Shown here: positions 9,882 to 19,727 of the stretch, one piece after another
Layout of the letters: every line of letters begins with the position of its first letter
Numbering within the stretch: position 1 is the first letter of the stretch
Assembly (NCBI GenBank): GCA_036376535.1
Contig: DASVAC010000169.1
Coordinates: 14,572-78,571 of the forward strand
Reading direction: 5' to 3'
From: Gemmatimonadaceae bacterium
Lineage (GTDB): Bacteria > Gemmatimonadota > Gemmatimonadetes > Gemmatimonadales > Gemmatimonadaceae
Length of the DNA: 64,000 bases
The notes under the pieces: generated by a model
The model's input: only the letters and a program-made list of their open reading frames with translations
Told to the model about the DNA's origin: nothing
Database searches by the model: none
Program-made: the position numbers and the translations under genes

Positions 9882-10448
9882 ATGACCGACCAAGAACGAC
9901 TGGTGTCGCTTCTTGCCACGCGTTCGGCGAGGCGTGGACAGTTCGTTCTCGCATCGGGCCGCTCGTCAACACTGTACATCGACGCTCGCCTGACGACAAT
10001 GAGCCCGGACGGCTTGTCGCTGATTGGGTCGCTTGGGCTCGCCTTACTCGAGGAGCGTGGCTGGGATGTGGATTGCATCGGCGGCCTGACCCTTGGCGCC
10101 GATCCGATCGCGTACGCGATCAGCTATGCGAGTGCCTGCTCGCGGCGGCCGCGGCGCGCATTCACGGTGCGGAAGGAAGCGAAGAAGCATGGCACCGCGA
10201 AACTGATCGAGGGGCCGTTCATGTCGGGCGACCGCGTCGCGGTCGTCGAAGACGTGATCACGACCGGAGGGTCGGCGCTGCGCGCGATCGACGCCGTTCA
10301 GGCGGAAGGCGGAAAGATCGCGGGCGTCCTGGCGTTGGTCGATCGCGAAGAAGGCGGGCGAGAGACCATCGAAGCACGTGGGATTCCCGTAGCCGCGCTC
10401 GTGCGCGCGCACGACATCGTGGCGCGCCTCGGACCCGTCTCTCCCTAG
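9882..10448 (+). CDS. pyrE: Orotate phosphoribosyltransferase
   Basis: 188 aa. FVLASGRSSTLYIDARL and PRPP-binding loop VAVVEDVITTGGS. Confidence 0.92.
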   Translation: MTDQERLVSLLATRSARRGQFVLASGRSSTLYIDARLTTMSPDGLSLIGSLGLALLEERGWDVDCIGGLTLGADPIAYAISYASACSRRPRRAFTVRKEAKKHGTAKLIEGPFMSGDRVAVVEDVITTGGSALRAIDAVQAEGGKIAGVLALVDREEGGRETIEARGIPVAALVRAHDIVARLGPVSP

Positions 10449-11326
10449 TCGGTCCCTCCCTTCGCGCTCGCCGCCGCTCGAGAGGTGAGCGGGTCGAACG
10501 TCCTCAGCGTGTGCAGATGGGGACGCACGAGCTCATCGCGAAAGCGATGCAACATTCCCTCTCCGTTGTATCGTTCGCGGAATTCGAGCGCCGTGAGGCC
10601 GATGAGCATGCGCACGTGGCGGCCGAAGCTCTGCGGCGACGAGTAGTCCATACGGTCCGACACGCTCGCCACCGACAAGCCGGGATTCTCGAACGCACGC
10701 GCCGCTCGCACCAAACGCGCCATCGCCAGATACCGCTTGGGCGACGGCAACTCGGCTCGGAAGAAGCGACTCATCATGGTAGTTGGCAGCACGAGCAGAC
10801 GCGACGCCAGCGCGCGTACGCTCGACGCACCCGCGGCTCCATCGAACAACGAGGCGAAAAACCGCCAGCAGCCATCGGGCACGCCGATCAAATCGAGCGA
10901 CAGCTGGCCTAACGCAAGGCGATCGATGTCGCTGAAGAATTGATTCGAGAGCAGATCCCGGAGCTGGCCCCATCCTTCGGGATGCCGCACATCAACGAGC
11001 GACTTGACACCCGATTGGCCGAGTCCGAGAACGGCGCGCGGAGTGTCGTGCTGCTCGTGGGAAAGGAGGGCGACCGCGGTGACGCGCGGGAATTCACGCA
11101 CCAGGCGCGCAACCGCGCAGAGCTCTTCCTCTCCGCAGCGAGCGACGGACAGCACGACGGCGCCCGCACGTTGGCCGCGCAGATCATCGAAGACGTCATT
11201 CAGCGAATCGCGATGCAGCGCCCGGTAGCGGCCTTCACCCGCGGCGTCGACCCGAGTTCGCTCGAGCGGGAGCAGGACCGTGGTTACCGGCTCCAACGGC
11301 AGTGGTGTGAAAGCGATCGGTTGCAC
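10445..11326 (-). CDS. AraC-family transcriptional regulator with receiver-like N-terminal domain
   Basis: C-terminal HTH_AraC (SVASVSDRMDYSSPQSFGRHVRMLIGLTALEFR). The N-terminal half looks like a pseudo-receiver. Confidence 0.8.
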   Translation of the reverse strand: MQPIAFTPLPLEPVTTVLLPLERTRVDAAGEGRYRALHRDSLNDVFDDLRGQRAGAVVLSVARCGEEELCAVARLVREFPRVTAVALLSHEQHDTPRAVLGLGQSGVKSLVDVRHPEGWGQLRDLLSNQFFSDIDRLALGQLSLDLIGVPDGCWRFFASLFDGAAGASSVRALASRLLVLPTTMMSRFFRAELPSPKRYLAMARLVRAARAFENPGLSVASVSDRMDYSSPQSFGRHVRMLIGLTALEFRERYNGEGMLHRFRDELVRPHLHTLRTFDPLTSRAAASAKGGTD

Positions 11327-11457
11327 GGGGTCCTCCGGCGTGGCGAATCGTGATGCGCGGATTGGAGAGCGCGCATCAGGATTGTTCGTCGCGTCAGCGG
11401 GTCGTCAGTTGGCGATGAATGGCGTGGCCAACCGGGAGCCAGTATCTTTCTTCGTTA

Positions 11458-11829
11458 GAGCGAAGCCGGCCGGACGGTCGCGTGGGGCGTGAGCTCCCCG
11501 AGGAAAGTCCGGGCTCCATAGGGCGGACCGCCAGCTAACGGCTGGGCGCTGCTTTGCAGCGACGGAAAGTGCCACAGAGAACAGACCGCCGGCGGGTTAC
11601 TGCCGGTAAGGGTGAAACGGTGGGGTAAGAGCCCACCGCGCATCTGGTAACAGGTGCGGCACGGTAAACCCCGGTCGGAGCAAGGCCGAATAGGCGGCGA
11701 GAGATGGCCCGTCTCGTCACACACGCCGCGGGTAGGCTGCTCGAGGTCGTGAGCGATCACGATCCTAGAGGAATGACCGTCCGGACGACATCGTCCGACA
11801 GAACCCGGCTTATAGGCCGGTCTCGCTCT
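11458..11829 (+). ncRNA. rnpB: RNase P RNA, bacterial type A
   Basis: Conserved blocks GAGGAAAGTCCGGGCTCCATAGGGC, AGCTAACGGC, GGTAAGGGTGAAACGGTGGGGTAAGAGCCCACC and ACAGAACCCGGCTTATAGGCCGG. A P1 stem forms between 11458-11475 and 11815-11829. Confidence 0.95.
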
Positions 11830-11830
11830 A

Positions 11831-11876
11831 CGCAGCCTCTCGTGATCTTCATCGGCGCGGGAGGCTGCGTTTTTTG
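11831..11876 (+). terminator. Rho-independent terminator after rnpB
   Basis: Stem CGCAGCCTC (11831-11839) / GAGGCTGCG (11861-11869), followed by TTTTTT. Confidence 0.7.
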
Positions 11877-11926
11877 CGTGCTGAGCGGCCTCGGGGTTTG
11901 GCGGCCGCGGTTCAACTTGGAGGCGC

Positions 11927-12835
11927 ATGCCACGTCCCATCGCTCTTGTCGGCACGCTGGTCACGATGGTCTGCATCGCCTGCTCGACCACGCCTAACGT
12001 GAGCAAACCGCCGGTGTCCGCGCCGGCGCCGGCGAAACGCGATTCGGCGGCGGCCCCGCCGGCGCGCGTGTGGTCGGTTCGTCGAGCAACAGGGACGTGG
12101 CGCTACAAGGTGGAGAGCAACGCCACGGTCGTGCTGGCGAGCGATTCGACCTCGCCGCCCGCGCCAATCCATTCAATGGCGATCTACTCGTTGGCGGTCG
12201 ACTCGACGCGTGACTCCGGGTATCACATCACGGGTCGGGTCGACTCGTCGACGTTGTCGGCCGGCGGGCGCGTGCCGGCGCGGCCGGTGGATTCCACCGC
12301 GTCCGCGTTTTCGGCGCAGATTGATTCGGTGTCCGGCCTAACGAACGTAGCCATGAGCGGCGGCGAGCGGCCGACGTGCGCGGGCGGTGTCACGCCGTTC
12401 GTGGCTGCGGGGTTGACGCTGTTCGTCTCGGTTCCGTCGCGTCTGCAGCAGGGCGCGGTCTGGCACGATTCGACGTCGACGACCACGTGTCGCGGAACCG
12501 TCGCTGTGGTGTCGAAGTTGGACCGAACGTTTCAGCTCGCGGACACGACGACCTGGAAAGGGCAGTCCGTGCTACGCGTGAACGTCACCTCGACGTCGAC
12601 GATCGATGGACAAGGTCTCGCGTCGGCGGCAGGAGACAGTATTTGGGTGAGCGGCACCGGCACATCGTCTGGGACGCTGCTGCTCGATCCGACGTCGATG
12701 ATGCCCGTGTCATCGACGATGACGGGCAACTCCGCGGTGACGGTGCGGAGTCGTCAGACGACGCTGCCGTTCAAACAGCAGGTGGCCGACACAGCGACGA
12801 TGCTCGATCACCGTGCCACCACGAGCGAGCCGTGA
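11927..12835 (+). CDS. Putative lipoprotein, unknown function
   Basis: 302 aa. Signal peptide with lipobox-like VCIAC. Ser/Thr-rich and beta-rich. No domain recognised. Confidence 0.5.
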   Translation: MPRPIALVGTLVTMVCIACSTTPNVSKPPVSAPAPAKRDSAAAPPARVWSVRRATGTWRYKVESNATVVLASDSTSPPAPIHSMAIYSLAVDSTRDSGYHITGRVDSSTLSAGGRVPARPVDSTASAFSAQIDSVSGLTNVAMSGGERPTCAGGVTPFVAAGLTLFVSVPSRLQQGAVWHDSTSTTTCRGTVAVVSKLDRTFQLADTTTWKGQSVLRVNVTSTSTIDGQGLASAAGDSIWVSGTGTSSGTLLLDPTSMMPVSSTMTGNSAVTVRSRQTTLPFKQQVADTATMLDHRATTSEP

Positions 12836-12849
12836 CGAGTTGTTAGGCG

Positions 12850-13962
12850 CTAGTCGATGAGACGCAGCGGCATGATCAAGCACATGTACTGTGCCGGGTC
12901 ATTCCAGCCGACGGGCTCGACGGTCGCAGCTCTCTCCGGTGCCTTGAACGTCAAGCGGACTTCGTCGGTGGGCATGTTGCGCAGGATCTCGAGCAGATAG
13001 CTCGCGTTGAATCCGATGTCGAGCGCGTCGCCCTCGTACGTGACGGGCAACTCGTCTTGCGCCTCGCCCAAGTCCGGCGTCTGCACGCTGAACTTCGCCA
13101 TCCCCGCGTTGAACGACATGCGGATCCGATGCGTCTGATCGGACGCGACGACTGACATTCGCTTGAGCGCTTGCGAGAGCGCGTTCTTGTCGGCGAGCGC
13201 GATGCGATCGTTGTCGCGCGGGATCACCTGCTCGTACGGCGGATACGGTCCTTCGATGAGGCGCGTGAATACCGCGGTGAGCGGCGAGCGGAAGCCGAGG
13301 TGGTTGTCGCCGCGCGCGATCTCGAGATCTTCTTCAGCGGGGAAGAGACGCCGCAACTGCTCGAGTGCTTTGGGCGGAATGATCAAGTCTTCCGAGTGGC
13401 CATTCTGTCCCGCGACCGGCACATCGATTTTGGCGAGCCGGTGACCGTTGGTCGCGACCATGCGCATCCGGTCGCCACGAAGCTCCCACAGCACGCCATT
13501 GAGAATCGGGCGACTCTCCTCGGTGGAGACGGCGAACGCGGTGTGCGCGATGAGCTTCTGGAGCTCGCCCGATTTGATTCTCCAACTTTCCGAGAATCGA
13601 ACGACCGGGAACGTCGGGAATTCATCGCGAGGCAAGCCGAGCAGGCGGAAGCGTGAGCGTCCGCACTCGAGTGTGATCTTCTGCTCTCCGACCGCGCTGA
13701 TTCGCACCGGTGCCGACGGCAGCTCCCTAACGATCTCGGCGAGCTTCTTTGCGGGGACGGTGATGGCGCCCTGGCTCTCGACGTCGGCGATCACTTCGGT
13801 GGAGACGGCCATGTCGAGGTCCGTACCAGACAAACGAATTCCGCGCTCGTTGGTCTCGAGCAAAATGTTCGACAGTACCGGCAGCGTGGTTTTCGCCGGT
13901 ACGGTCGCAATCACCGCCGACAATCCGTCCTGAAGCTTTTCGCGCGCGATAGTGAAGCGCAT
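12850..13962 (-). CDS. dnaN: DNA polymerase III beta sliding clamp
   Basis: 370 aa. MRFTIAREKLQDGLSAV...LSNILLE...MPLRL, in the classic position downstream of dnaA. Confidence 0.97.
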   Translation of the reverse strand: MRFTIAREKLQDGLSAVIATVPAKTTLPVLSNILLETNERGIRLSGTDLDMAVSTEVIADVESQGAITVPAKKLAEIVRELPSAPVRISAVGEQKITLECGRSRFRLLGLPRDEFPTFPVVRFSESWRIKSGELQKLIAHTAFAVSTEESRPILNGVLWELRGDRMRMVATNGHRLAKIDVPVAGQNGHSEDLIIPPKALEQLRRLFPAEEDLEIARGDNHLGFRSPLTAVFTRLIEGPYPPYEQVIPRDNDRIALADKNALSQALKRMSVVASDQTHRIRMSFNAGMAKFSVQTPDLGEAQDELPVTYEGDALDIGFNASYLLEILRNMPTDEVRLTFKAPERAATVEPVGWNDPAQYMCLIMPLRLID

Positions 13963-14226
13963 TCGGATCCTCTGATCCCTGGATGCTCGGGGGGCTTGGA
14001 GTGAAAAGCGAGAACTCGCGGTGTTGGTTCTTCTACTTCTTTACTGTTGGATCAAGAGTAGTAGAAGTAGTAGGGGCTGTGGAATATGGGGAAAGCAAGC
14101 GAACGCATGGAGTACGCAGCAGTTATCGTAGTGAGAAAGCTGTGGGAAACCAAGTCGGCGTCCCGGAATCGTGGGAATACGCGCGAGGCGATGTGGAGAG
14201 ACCATCGATTTCCCACGGCGTGCACA
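13963..14226. other. Candidate oriC segment (dnaA-dnaN intergenic): AT-rich unwinding-like stretch plus DnaA-box-like 9-mers
   Basis: The locally most AT-rich stretch in the window is 14026-14075 (TTCTTCTACTTCTTTACTG...AGTAGTAGAAGTAGTAG, an imperfect inverted repeat). TGTGGAATA (14078), TGTGGGAAA (14141), GTGGGAATA (14171) and TGTGGAGAG (14192) each have 1-3 mismatches to TGTGGATAA. Confidence 0.55.
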
Positions 14227-15621
14227 TCATGTGTGAAGATCCGAGAGGCTTTTCCGCAGCGATTCCACACGAGCGCTGAACGGCGCGTCGTGAGTGAGGA
14301 GCGATTCGATGCGCTCGAGGCTGTGGATGACAGTGGAGTGATCGCGTCCGCCGAATGCGTTGCCGATCTCCACGAGTTGGAGGCCCAAGAATTCGCGGAT
14401 GAGGAACATGGCAACCTGGCGCGGCACGGTGAGCTGCTTGGTGCGGCTCTTGGAGCGCAGGCCTTCGACGTTGACGCTGAACTCGCGCGCGACGAGCTGC
14501 TGAATGGAGAGCACGCTCAGGGCGTACTTTTCGTCGGCCGGGGCTTCGCCATTTAGTCGCAATTTGTCACGAAGTGCTTCGCGCGCGAGGCTCACCGAGA
14601 CGTCGCGGTGTTTGAGGGATGCGTAGGCGAGCAAGCGGATGAGCGAGCCCTCGAGCTCGCGGACGCTCGAGCGGACGTGTTCCGCGATGAAGCGGATGAC
14701 GTCCTCCGGGATCGTGAGCTCCAGGTGATCGAGTCGCGCTTTGTTCTGGAGGATCGCGATGCGGTGCTCGAGGTCGGGCTGTTCGATGTCGGCGACCATA
14801 CCCCACTGGAAGCGGCTGACGAGGCGTGCCTCGAGTCCCGGGATTTCGGACGGGGGGCGATCGCTCGTGAGGATGATTTGCCTGCCGGCTTCGTAGAGTG
14901 CGTTGAACGTGTGGAAGAACTCTTCCTGAGTCGCTTCGGTGCGCTTGAGGAAGTGCACGTCGTCGAGGAGGAGGAGATCCGTTTCGCGATAGCGGCGCCG
15001 GAATTCCGGCGTCGATCGCTTTTGGATGGCGGCGACGAGCTCGTTGGTGAATTGTTCGGTGCCGACGAAGCAGACGCGCGTTTGTGGAGCGCGCTGCATG
15101 ATCTCATGGGCGACCGCCTGCATCAGATGGGTTTTGCCGAGTCCGGTATCGCCGTAGATGAAGAGGGGATTGTAGACTTTGCCGGGAGCGGCGGCGACGG
15201 CTTGAGCGGCGGCGGCGGCGAGCTCGTTGGATTTGCCGATGACGAAGTTGTGAAAAGTGTAGCGAGTGCTGAGTTGGACGCCGGCGGCCGGCGCATCGCC
15301 GAGCGCGGATTGGCGCGCCTGATCGGGCGGGGGCGCGACGAAGAGGTCCATTTGCGGTCGAGTCTTTCGCTCTTCGTCGACGCGGAAGACGATGTTGATC
15401 GGGTGGCCTAACGCTAGTGGCGCCAGACTGGCCAGATACTGTGCGTGCTTGGACTCATTCCAGTCGGCGGCGAAACGGTCGGGTGCGGCGACGACGATTG
15501 TGTCGCCTTCCAGCTCGAGTGCTTCGGTCGGCTCCAGCCATGTCCGGTACGTTTGCTCGGGCAGCTCGAGGCGTGCGCGATCGAGCAAGCGGGTCCATGT
15601 TTCTGTTGCCGTGAGTGTCAT
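14227..15621 (-). CDS. dnaA: Chromosomal replication initiator DnaA
   Basis: 464 aa. Walker A GDTGLGKTHL, LLLDDVHFL, and a C-terminal DNA-binding domain (HSTVIHS). Confidence 0.98.
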   Translation of the reverse strand: MTLTATETWTRLLDRARLELPEQTYRTWLEPTEALELEGDTIVVAAPDRFAADWNESKHAQYLASLAPLALGHPINIVFRVDEERKTRPQMDLFVAPPPDQARQSALGDAPAAGVQLSTRYTFHNFVIGKSNELAAAAAQAVAAAPGKVYNPLFIYGDTGLGKTHLMQAVAHEIMQRAPQTRVCFVGTEQFTNELVAAIQKRSTPEFRRRYRETDLLLLDDVHFLKRTEATQEEFFHTFNALYEAGRQIILTSDRPPSEIPGLEARLVSRFQWGMVADIEQPDLEHRIAILQNKARLDHLELTIPEDVIRFIAEHVRSSVRELEGSLIRLLAYASLKHRDVSVSLAREALRDKLRLNGEAPADEKYALSVLSIQQLVAREFSVNVEGLRSKSRTKQLTVPRQVAMFLIREFLGLQLVEIGNAFGGRDHSTVIHSLERIESLLTHDAPFSARVESLRKSLSDLHT

Positions 15622-15821
15622 GCCGGATACGACTCGGAAGGGGACGCGAAGCTAGATTCGGCGTGTGGAAAAGTCAATCCGATGAAAATCGACAGTTGAG
15701 TGGAGAGGAGTTGGGCGATTCGCGACGTGAGGCGAGCGGCATCGGCGTTGACCGGTGCCTGTGTGGTGGATAGCTTTCAAGTTCTGTTTGCCGCGAATGG
15801 AACACGAATTGGAGTAAGGAC
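15622..15821. promoter_or_regulatory. dnaA / rpmH divergent control region with DnaA-box-like sites
   Basis: TGTGGAAAA at 15664-15672 (1 mismatch to TGTGGATAA) and GGTGGATAG at 15765-15773. Gene orientation switches here. Confidence 0.5.
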
Positions 15822-15986
15822 ATGGGCAAGCCAACGTATCGTCCTCGGAACAAGCGCCGGATTCGCACGCACGGATTTTTGGAGCGGATGTCGACGCGGT
15901 GGGGGCGTGAGGTATTGAGTCGGCGTCGGAAGAAGGGTCGGAAGCGGTTGACCGTTCGGCTTCCGTCGAAGTACGCGGGCGCCTGA
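15822..15986 (+). CDS. rpmH: 50S ribosomal protein L34
   Basis: Not in the ORF track (54 aa). [43 protein letters not shown]..., read by hand. Sits upstream of rnpA as usual. Confidence 0.9.
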   Translation: MGKPTYRPRNKRRIRTHGFLERMSTRWGREVLSRRRKKGRKRLTVRLPSKYAGA

Positions 15987-16014
15987 GCGTCGGCGGTTCA
16001 CGCGCCCGCATCGA

Positions 16015-16341
16015 TTGACGCGCGGCGCGGAGATGGAGCGAGTAACGCGCGAGGGGAAGCGTATCCGGACCGACAGCCTCGAGCTTCGGTGGATCGCTTC
16101 CCCTCTTGGCCATCCGCGTGTTGGGTTCATCGTGCCGAGGTATGCGCAGACCGCGGTGGCGCGCAATCGGTTGAAGCGGCGGTTGCGAGAGGTCGCGCGG
16201 TTGGAGATTCTGCCGCGGATGGGTTCGTTGGATGCCATCATTCGAGCGCGCGCCGTAGCATATCGTGTCACGTTTGCCGAACTTCGGCGCGAGCTGACAC
16301 GTATGGGAGATAGACTGGTCTCCGGAGCGGAGCACGAGTGA
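16015..16341 (+). CDS. rnpA: RNase P protein component
   Basis: 108 aa, basic. [25 protein letters not shown] (RNR motif). Conserved rpmH-rnpA synteny. Confidence 0.9.
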   Translation: MTRGAEMERVTREGKRIRTDSLELRWIASPLGHPRVGFIVPRYAQTAVARNRLKRRLREVARLEILPRMGSLDAIIRARAVAYRVTFAELRRELTRMGDRLVSGAEHE

Positions 16342-16550
16342 TGCGGTGGCTGCTGATTTTTCTGGTGCGCGGTTATCAGGTCGCGCTGTCGCCCCTGCTG
16401 CCATCGACGTGCCGATTCATGCCGAGTTGTTCGGCGTACGCCGTGGAAGCGTTGGAGCGACACGGCGCGCTGCACGGAAGTTGGCTGACCATCCGCAGGC
16501 TTGCGCGATGCCACCCATTCTGTGTGGGCGGCTATGACCCGGTGCCCTGA
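16338..16550 (+). CDS. yidD: Membrane protein insertion efficiency factor YidD
   Basis: 70 aa. [53 protein letters not shown] overlap with rnpA. Confidence 0.93.
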   Translation: MMRWLLIFLVRGYQVALSPLLPSTCRFMPSCSAYAVEALERHGALHGSWLTIRRLARCHPFCVGGYDPVP

Positions 16551-16567
16551 GCCGGCTGCCATCTGAA

Positions 16568-18277
16568 ATGGAAAAACGAGTTTTCATTTTCTTCATAGCA
16601 GCGCTTGTCGTGATGTATGTGACATCGCTGCTCTTTCCCTCGCCGAAGAAACCGCAGCCTGGGGCGGGAGATTCGGTGGCGGTCGCGGACACCGTGCACC
16701 GCGCCGTTGCACCATCCACGACGGCGGCGGCGGTGTCGTCGCCGGCGCCGGCGGTGAAAGACACCGCACCACTCGTTGCGGCGCGGACCGACACGATTGT
16801 GGTGCGCACGTCGAACGCGACGTATCGGCTCAGCACGCGCGGGGCTGCACCGATCGGTGCGCGCATGGAAGAGTTTCGCGCGTATACGAAGGGCGACGGC
16901 AAGGTGGAGCTAGCGCGCGATGGATCGCCGCTGGTGTCGTACGCCGTGGTGACCGACGGGCGGGACACGCTGTCGCTCGACCGAACGGTGTTCAGCGTGG
17001 ACTCGTCGGCGCGCGGCGCGGGCGGGCTGCCGGTGCTCACCTTTCGGGGAGCGTTAGGCGGCGACACCGCCTTCATCACGTACACGTTTTCGCCGGACAG
17101 CTATCTCGTCCGCGTGCGCGGGTCGGTGCGGTCCGCCGGTGCGGCAGCGAGCGCGCCGCGTGCGCTGCTCGTGTCGCTGCCGTCGGGATTCCGATCGGCG
17201 GAAGCGGACACGGTAGAGGACGAGCGGCATCTCTCCTTCGTCGTGAAAACGATGCGCGACGATCCCGAGAGCATCGATTTCTCGAAGCTGGATTCGACGG
17301 CGGCGCGCGTCGAGAACGGCCCGCTCAACTGGGTGGCGAGCAAGAACAAGTACTTCCTGGTGGCCATGATGGCGGACACCGCGCGCTCGCCGTTCGCCGG
17401 CGCGGTGTTCGAGGGCGTGCCGCGCGCGGCGAAGACGATCGCCATCCAGGCGACGGGGCGCGTCGTGCAGCCGCTGCCCCAGGATGGGTCGTTCGCCTTC
17501 ACGCTCTACATGGGGCCGCAGGAGTGGCGCCGGCTGCTTGCGTTAGGCCGCGAGATGCAGAACGTGAATCCGCACGGGTGGATCTTCCGGCCGATCGTGC
17601 AGCCGTTCATCACGCTGCTCATGCGGCTGCTGCTGTGGGCGCACGACGCCTCGCGCATCAACTACGGCTGGCTGGTGGTGATCTTCGGCATCGCGATCCG
17701 GCTGCTCCTGTGGCCGTTGAACCAGAGCGCGATGCGCGCGCAGCTCAAGCTGCAGCGGATCCAGCCCGAGCTGCAGGTGATTCAGAAGAAGTTTCGGAAC
17801 GCGCCCGAGAAGCTCAACGCGGAGATGATGAAGCTCTACCGCGAGCACGAGATGAGTCCGTTCAGTCCATTGGCGGGCTGCGTGCCGATGCTGATTCCGA
17901 TGCCGGTGTTGTACGCGCTCTACTTCGTGTTCCAGGACACGATCGAGTTCCGCGGCGTGTCGTTCCTGTGGATGACGGACATCTCGCAGCGCGATCCGTA
18001 CTACATCCTGCCGATCCTGATGGCGGTGTCGATGTTCCTGTTGTCGTGGATCGGGCTGCGCGCGTCGCCGCAGAATTCGCAGGCGAAGATGATGGCGTAC
18101 ACGATGCCGTTGGTCATGGGCGTGTTGTTCTACCGGCTGGCGGCGGGACTCAATCTCTACTACGCGGTGCAGAATCTCGCGGCGCTGCCGCAGCAGTGGC
18201 TGATCGCGCGCGAGCGCGCGAAGGCGGGTGTGCCGGCGACGTCGGCGGGGCCCGCGGCCAGCGCCAGGGTGACGTAG
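16568..18277 (+). CDS. yidC: Membrane protein insertase YidC
   Basis: 569 aa. N-terminal TM, large periplasmic domain, and a C-terminal 60-kDa insertase core (LLWPLNQSAMRAQLKLQRIQPEL...). Confidence 0.95.
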   Translation: MEKRVFIFFIAALVVMYVTSLLFPSPKKPQPGAGDSVAVADTVHRAVAPSTTAAAVSSPAPAVKDTAPLVAARTDTIVVRTSNATYRLSTRGAAPIGARMEEFRAYTKGDGKVELARDGSPLVSYAVVTDGRDTLSLDRTVFSVDSSARGAGGLPVLTFRGALGGDTAFITYTFSPDSYLVRVRGSVRSAGAAASAPRALLVSLPSGFRSAEADTVEDERHLSFVVKTMRDDPESIDFSKLDSTAARVENGPLNWVASKNKYFLVAMMADTARSPFAGAVFEGVPRAAKTIAIQATGRVVQPLPQDGSFAFTLYMGPQEWRRLLALGREMQNVNPHGWIFRPIVQPFITLLMRLLLWAHDASRINYGWLVVIFGIAIRLLLWPLNQSAMRAQLKLQRIQPELQVIQKKFRNAPEKLNAEMMKLYREHEMSPFSPLAGCVPMLIPMPVLYALYFVFQDTIEFRGVSFLWMTDISQRDPYYILPILMAVSMFLLSWIGLRASPQNSQAKMMAYTMPLVMGVLFYRLAAGLNLYYAVQNLAALPQQWLIARERAKAGVPATSAGPAASARVT

Positions 18278-18302
18278 CGTCCATGCGCGGCGCGGCCGGG
18301 GG

Positions 18303-19703
18303 ATGCAGGCGGTGAGCGCGATGCTGCCCGGCGCGGAGGACACGATCGCGGCGATGGCGACGCCGCCCGGGCGGAGCGCGCTCGCGGTGGTGCGCGTGAG
18401 CGGCCCCACGGCGCACGAGATCGCGAGCCGTCTGCTCGACCCGTGGCGGAGCACGCCCGGCGCGTCGTATCGTGCTCGCCTAACGGATCCCACCACCGGG
18501 CGCGTCATCGAGCGCCCCGTCGTGACGGCGTATCGCGCGCCGCGCTCGTACACCGGCGACGATCTCGTCGAATTGAGCGTGCACGGCGGCCGCGTCGGGC
18601 CGGCGCGTACGTTAGGCGCCCTGCTGGCCGCCGGCGCGCGGCTGGCCCTCCCCGGCGAGTTCACCCGGCGCGCGGTGGCGGCGGGTAAACTCGACGTGCT
18701 GCAGGCGGAAGCGATCGGCGATCTGATCGACGCCGAGTCGCAGGTGATGCACGATGCGGCCCTGGCGCAGCTGGAGGGGCAGTTGTCGCGGCGGGTGGTG
18801 GAGCTGCGGGAGGCGGTGCTGCGCGTGGAAGCACTGATCGCCTACGATATCGACTTTCCGGAAGAAGACAGCGGGCCGATCGATCCGGCGCGGGTCGTAG
18901 AGGCGACATCGGCGGTGGTGGACTCGCTGGACCGGCTGCTCGGGACCGCGACGGCCGGCGAGGTGGTGCGGCGCGGCGCGCGGGTGGTGTTGGCGGGTGC
19001 GCCTAACGTCGGCAAATCGTCGCTGTTCAACGCGCTGGTGGGACGGGATCGGGCGATCGTGACGGCGATCGCGGGGACGACGCGCGATGCGATCGAGGCG
19101 GTGGTGGACCTCGGCGCCTGGCCGGTCCGGCTGGTGGACACGGCGGGGTTGCGGGAGTCGTCGGATCCCATCGAACAGTTAGGCGTGGCGATGACGGCGC
19201 GCGCGCTGGCCGAGGCGGACGTGGTGCTGGCGTGCGGCGACAGCGGCTCATCGTTAGGCGAAGCGGTGGCGGCGGGCGCGCGGACGGGGGCGCCGGTGCT
19301 GCCGGTGCGGACGAAGGGCGACCTGGCGGGGGCAACCGGCGATTTAGTAACCCAAAGCTACGAATCAAGTGCCGGCGCGCCCGTCGTCGTCAGCGCGGTT
19401 ACCGGCGCCGGGCTCGCCGAGCTCCGCGCGCGCCTCGAGCGGATGGTCGAGGGGAAGGTGGGCGACGAATGGCGAGACACGCCCCTCCTCACACGCGAGC
19501 GCCATCGCGCCGCGATCACGCTCGCGCGCTCGGAAGTCGCGGCCTTCCAGCGTGCGTGGTCGGACGCCGAACACGATGTGCCGGTCGTCATCGCCGCCGT
19601 GCACTTGCGCGCGGCCGCGACGGCCCTCGAATCCCTCATCGGTGTGATCGACGTCGAAGACGTGCTGGATCGCGTCTTCCGAACGTTCTGCGTGGGCAAG
19701 TAA
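18303..19703 (+). CDS. mnmE: tRNA modification GTPase MnmE
   Basis: 466 aa. DTIAAMATPPG, P-loop GAPNVGKSSLFNAL, DTAGLRE, and the C-terminal FCVGK tetrapeptide motif. Confidence 0.95.
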   Translation: MQAVSAMLPGAEDTIAAMATPPGRSALAVVRVSGPTAHEIASRLLDPWRSTPGASYRARLTDPTTGRVIERPVVTAYRAPRSYTGDDLVELSVHGGRVGPARTLGALLAAGARLALPGEFTRRAVAAGKLDVLQAEAIGDLIDAESQVMHDAALAQLEGQLSRRVVELREAVLRVEALIAYDIDFPEEDSGPIDPARVVEATSAVVDSLDRLLGTATAGEVVRRGARVVLAGAPNVGKSSLFNALVGRDRAIVTAIAGTTRDAIEAVVDLGAWPVRLVDTAGLRESSDPIEQLGVAMTARALAEADVVLACGDSGSSLGEAVAAGARTGAPVLPVRTKGDLAGATGDLVTQSYESSAGAPVVVSAVTGAGLAELRARLERMVEGKVGDEWRDTPLLTRERHRAAITLARSEVAAFQRAWSDAEHDVPVVIAAVHLRAAATALESLIGVIDVEDVLDRVFRTFCVGK

Positions 19704-19727
19704 ACGAACGCGGACCGGCCCGCGCGG

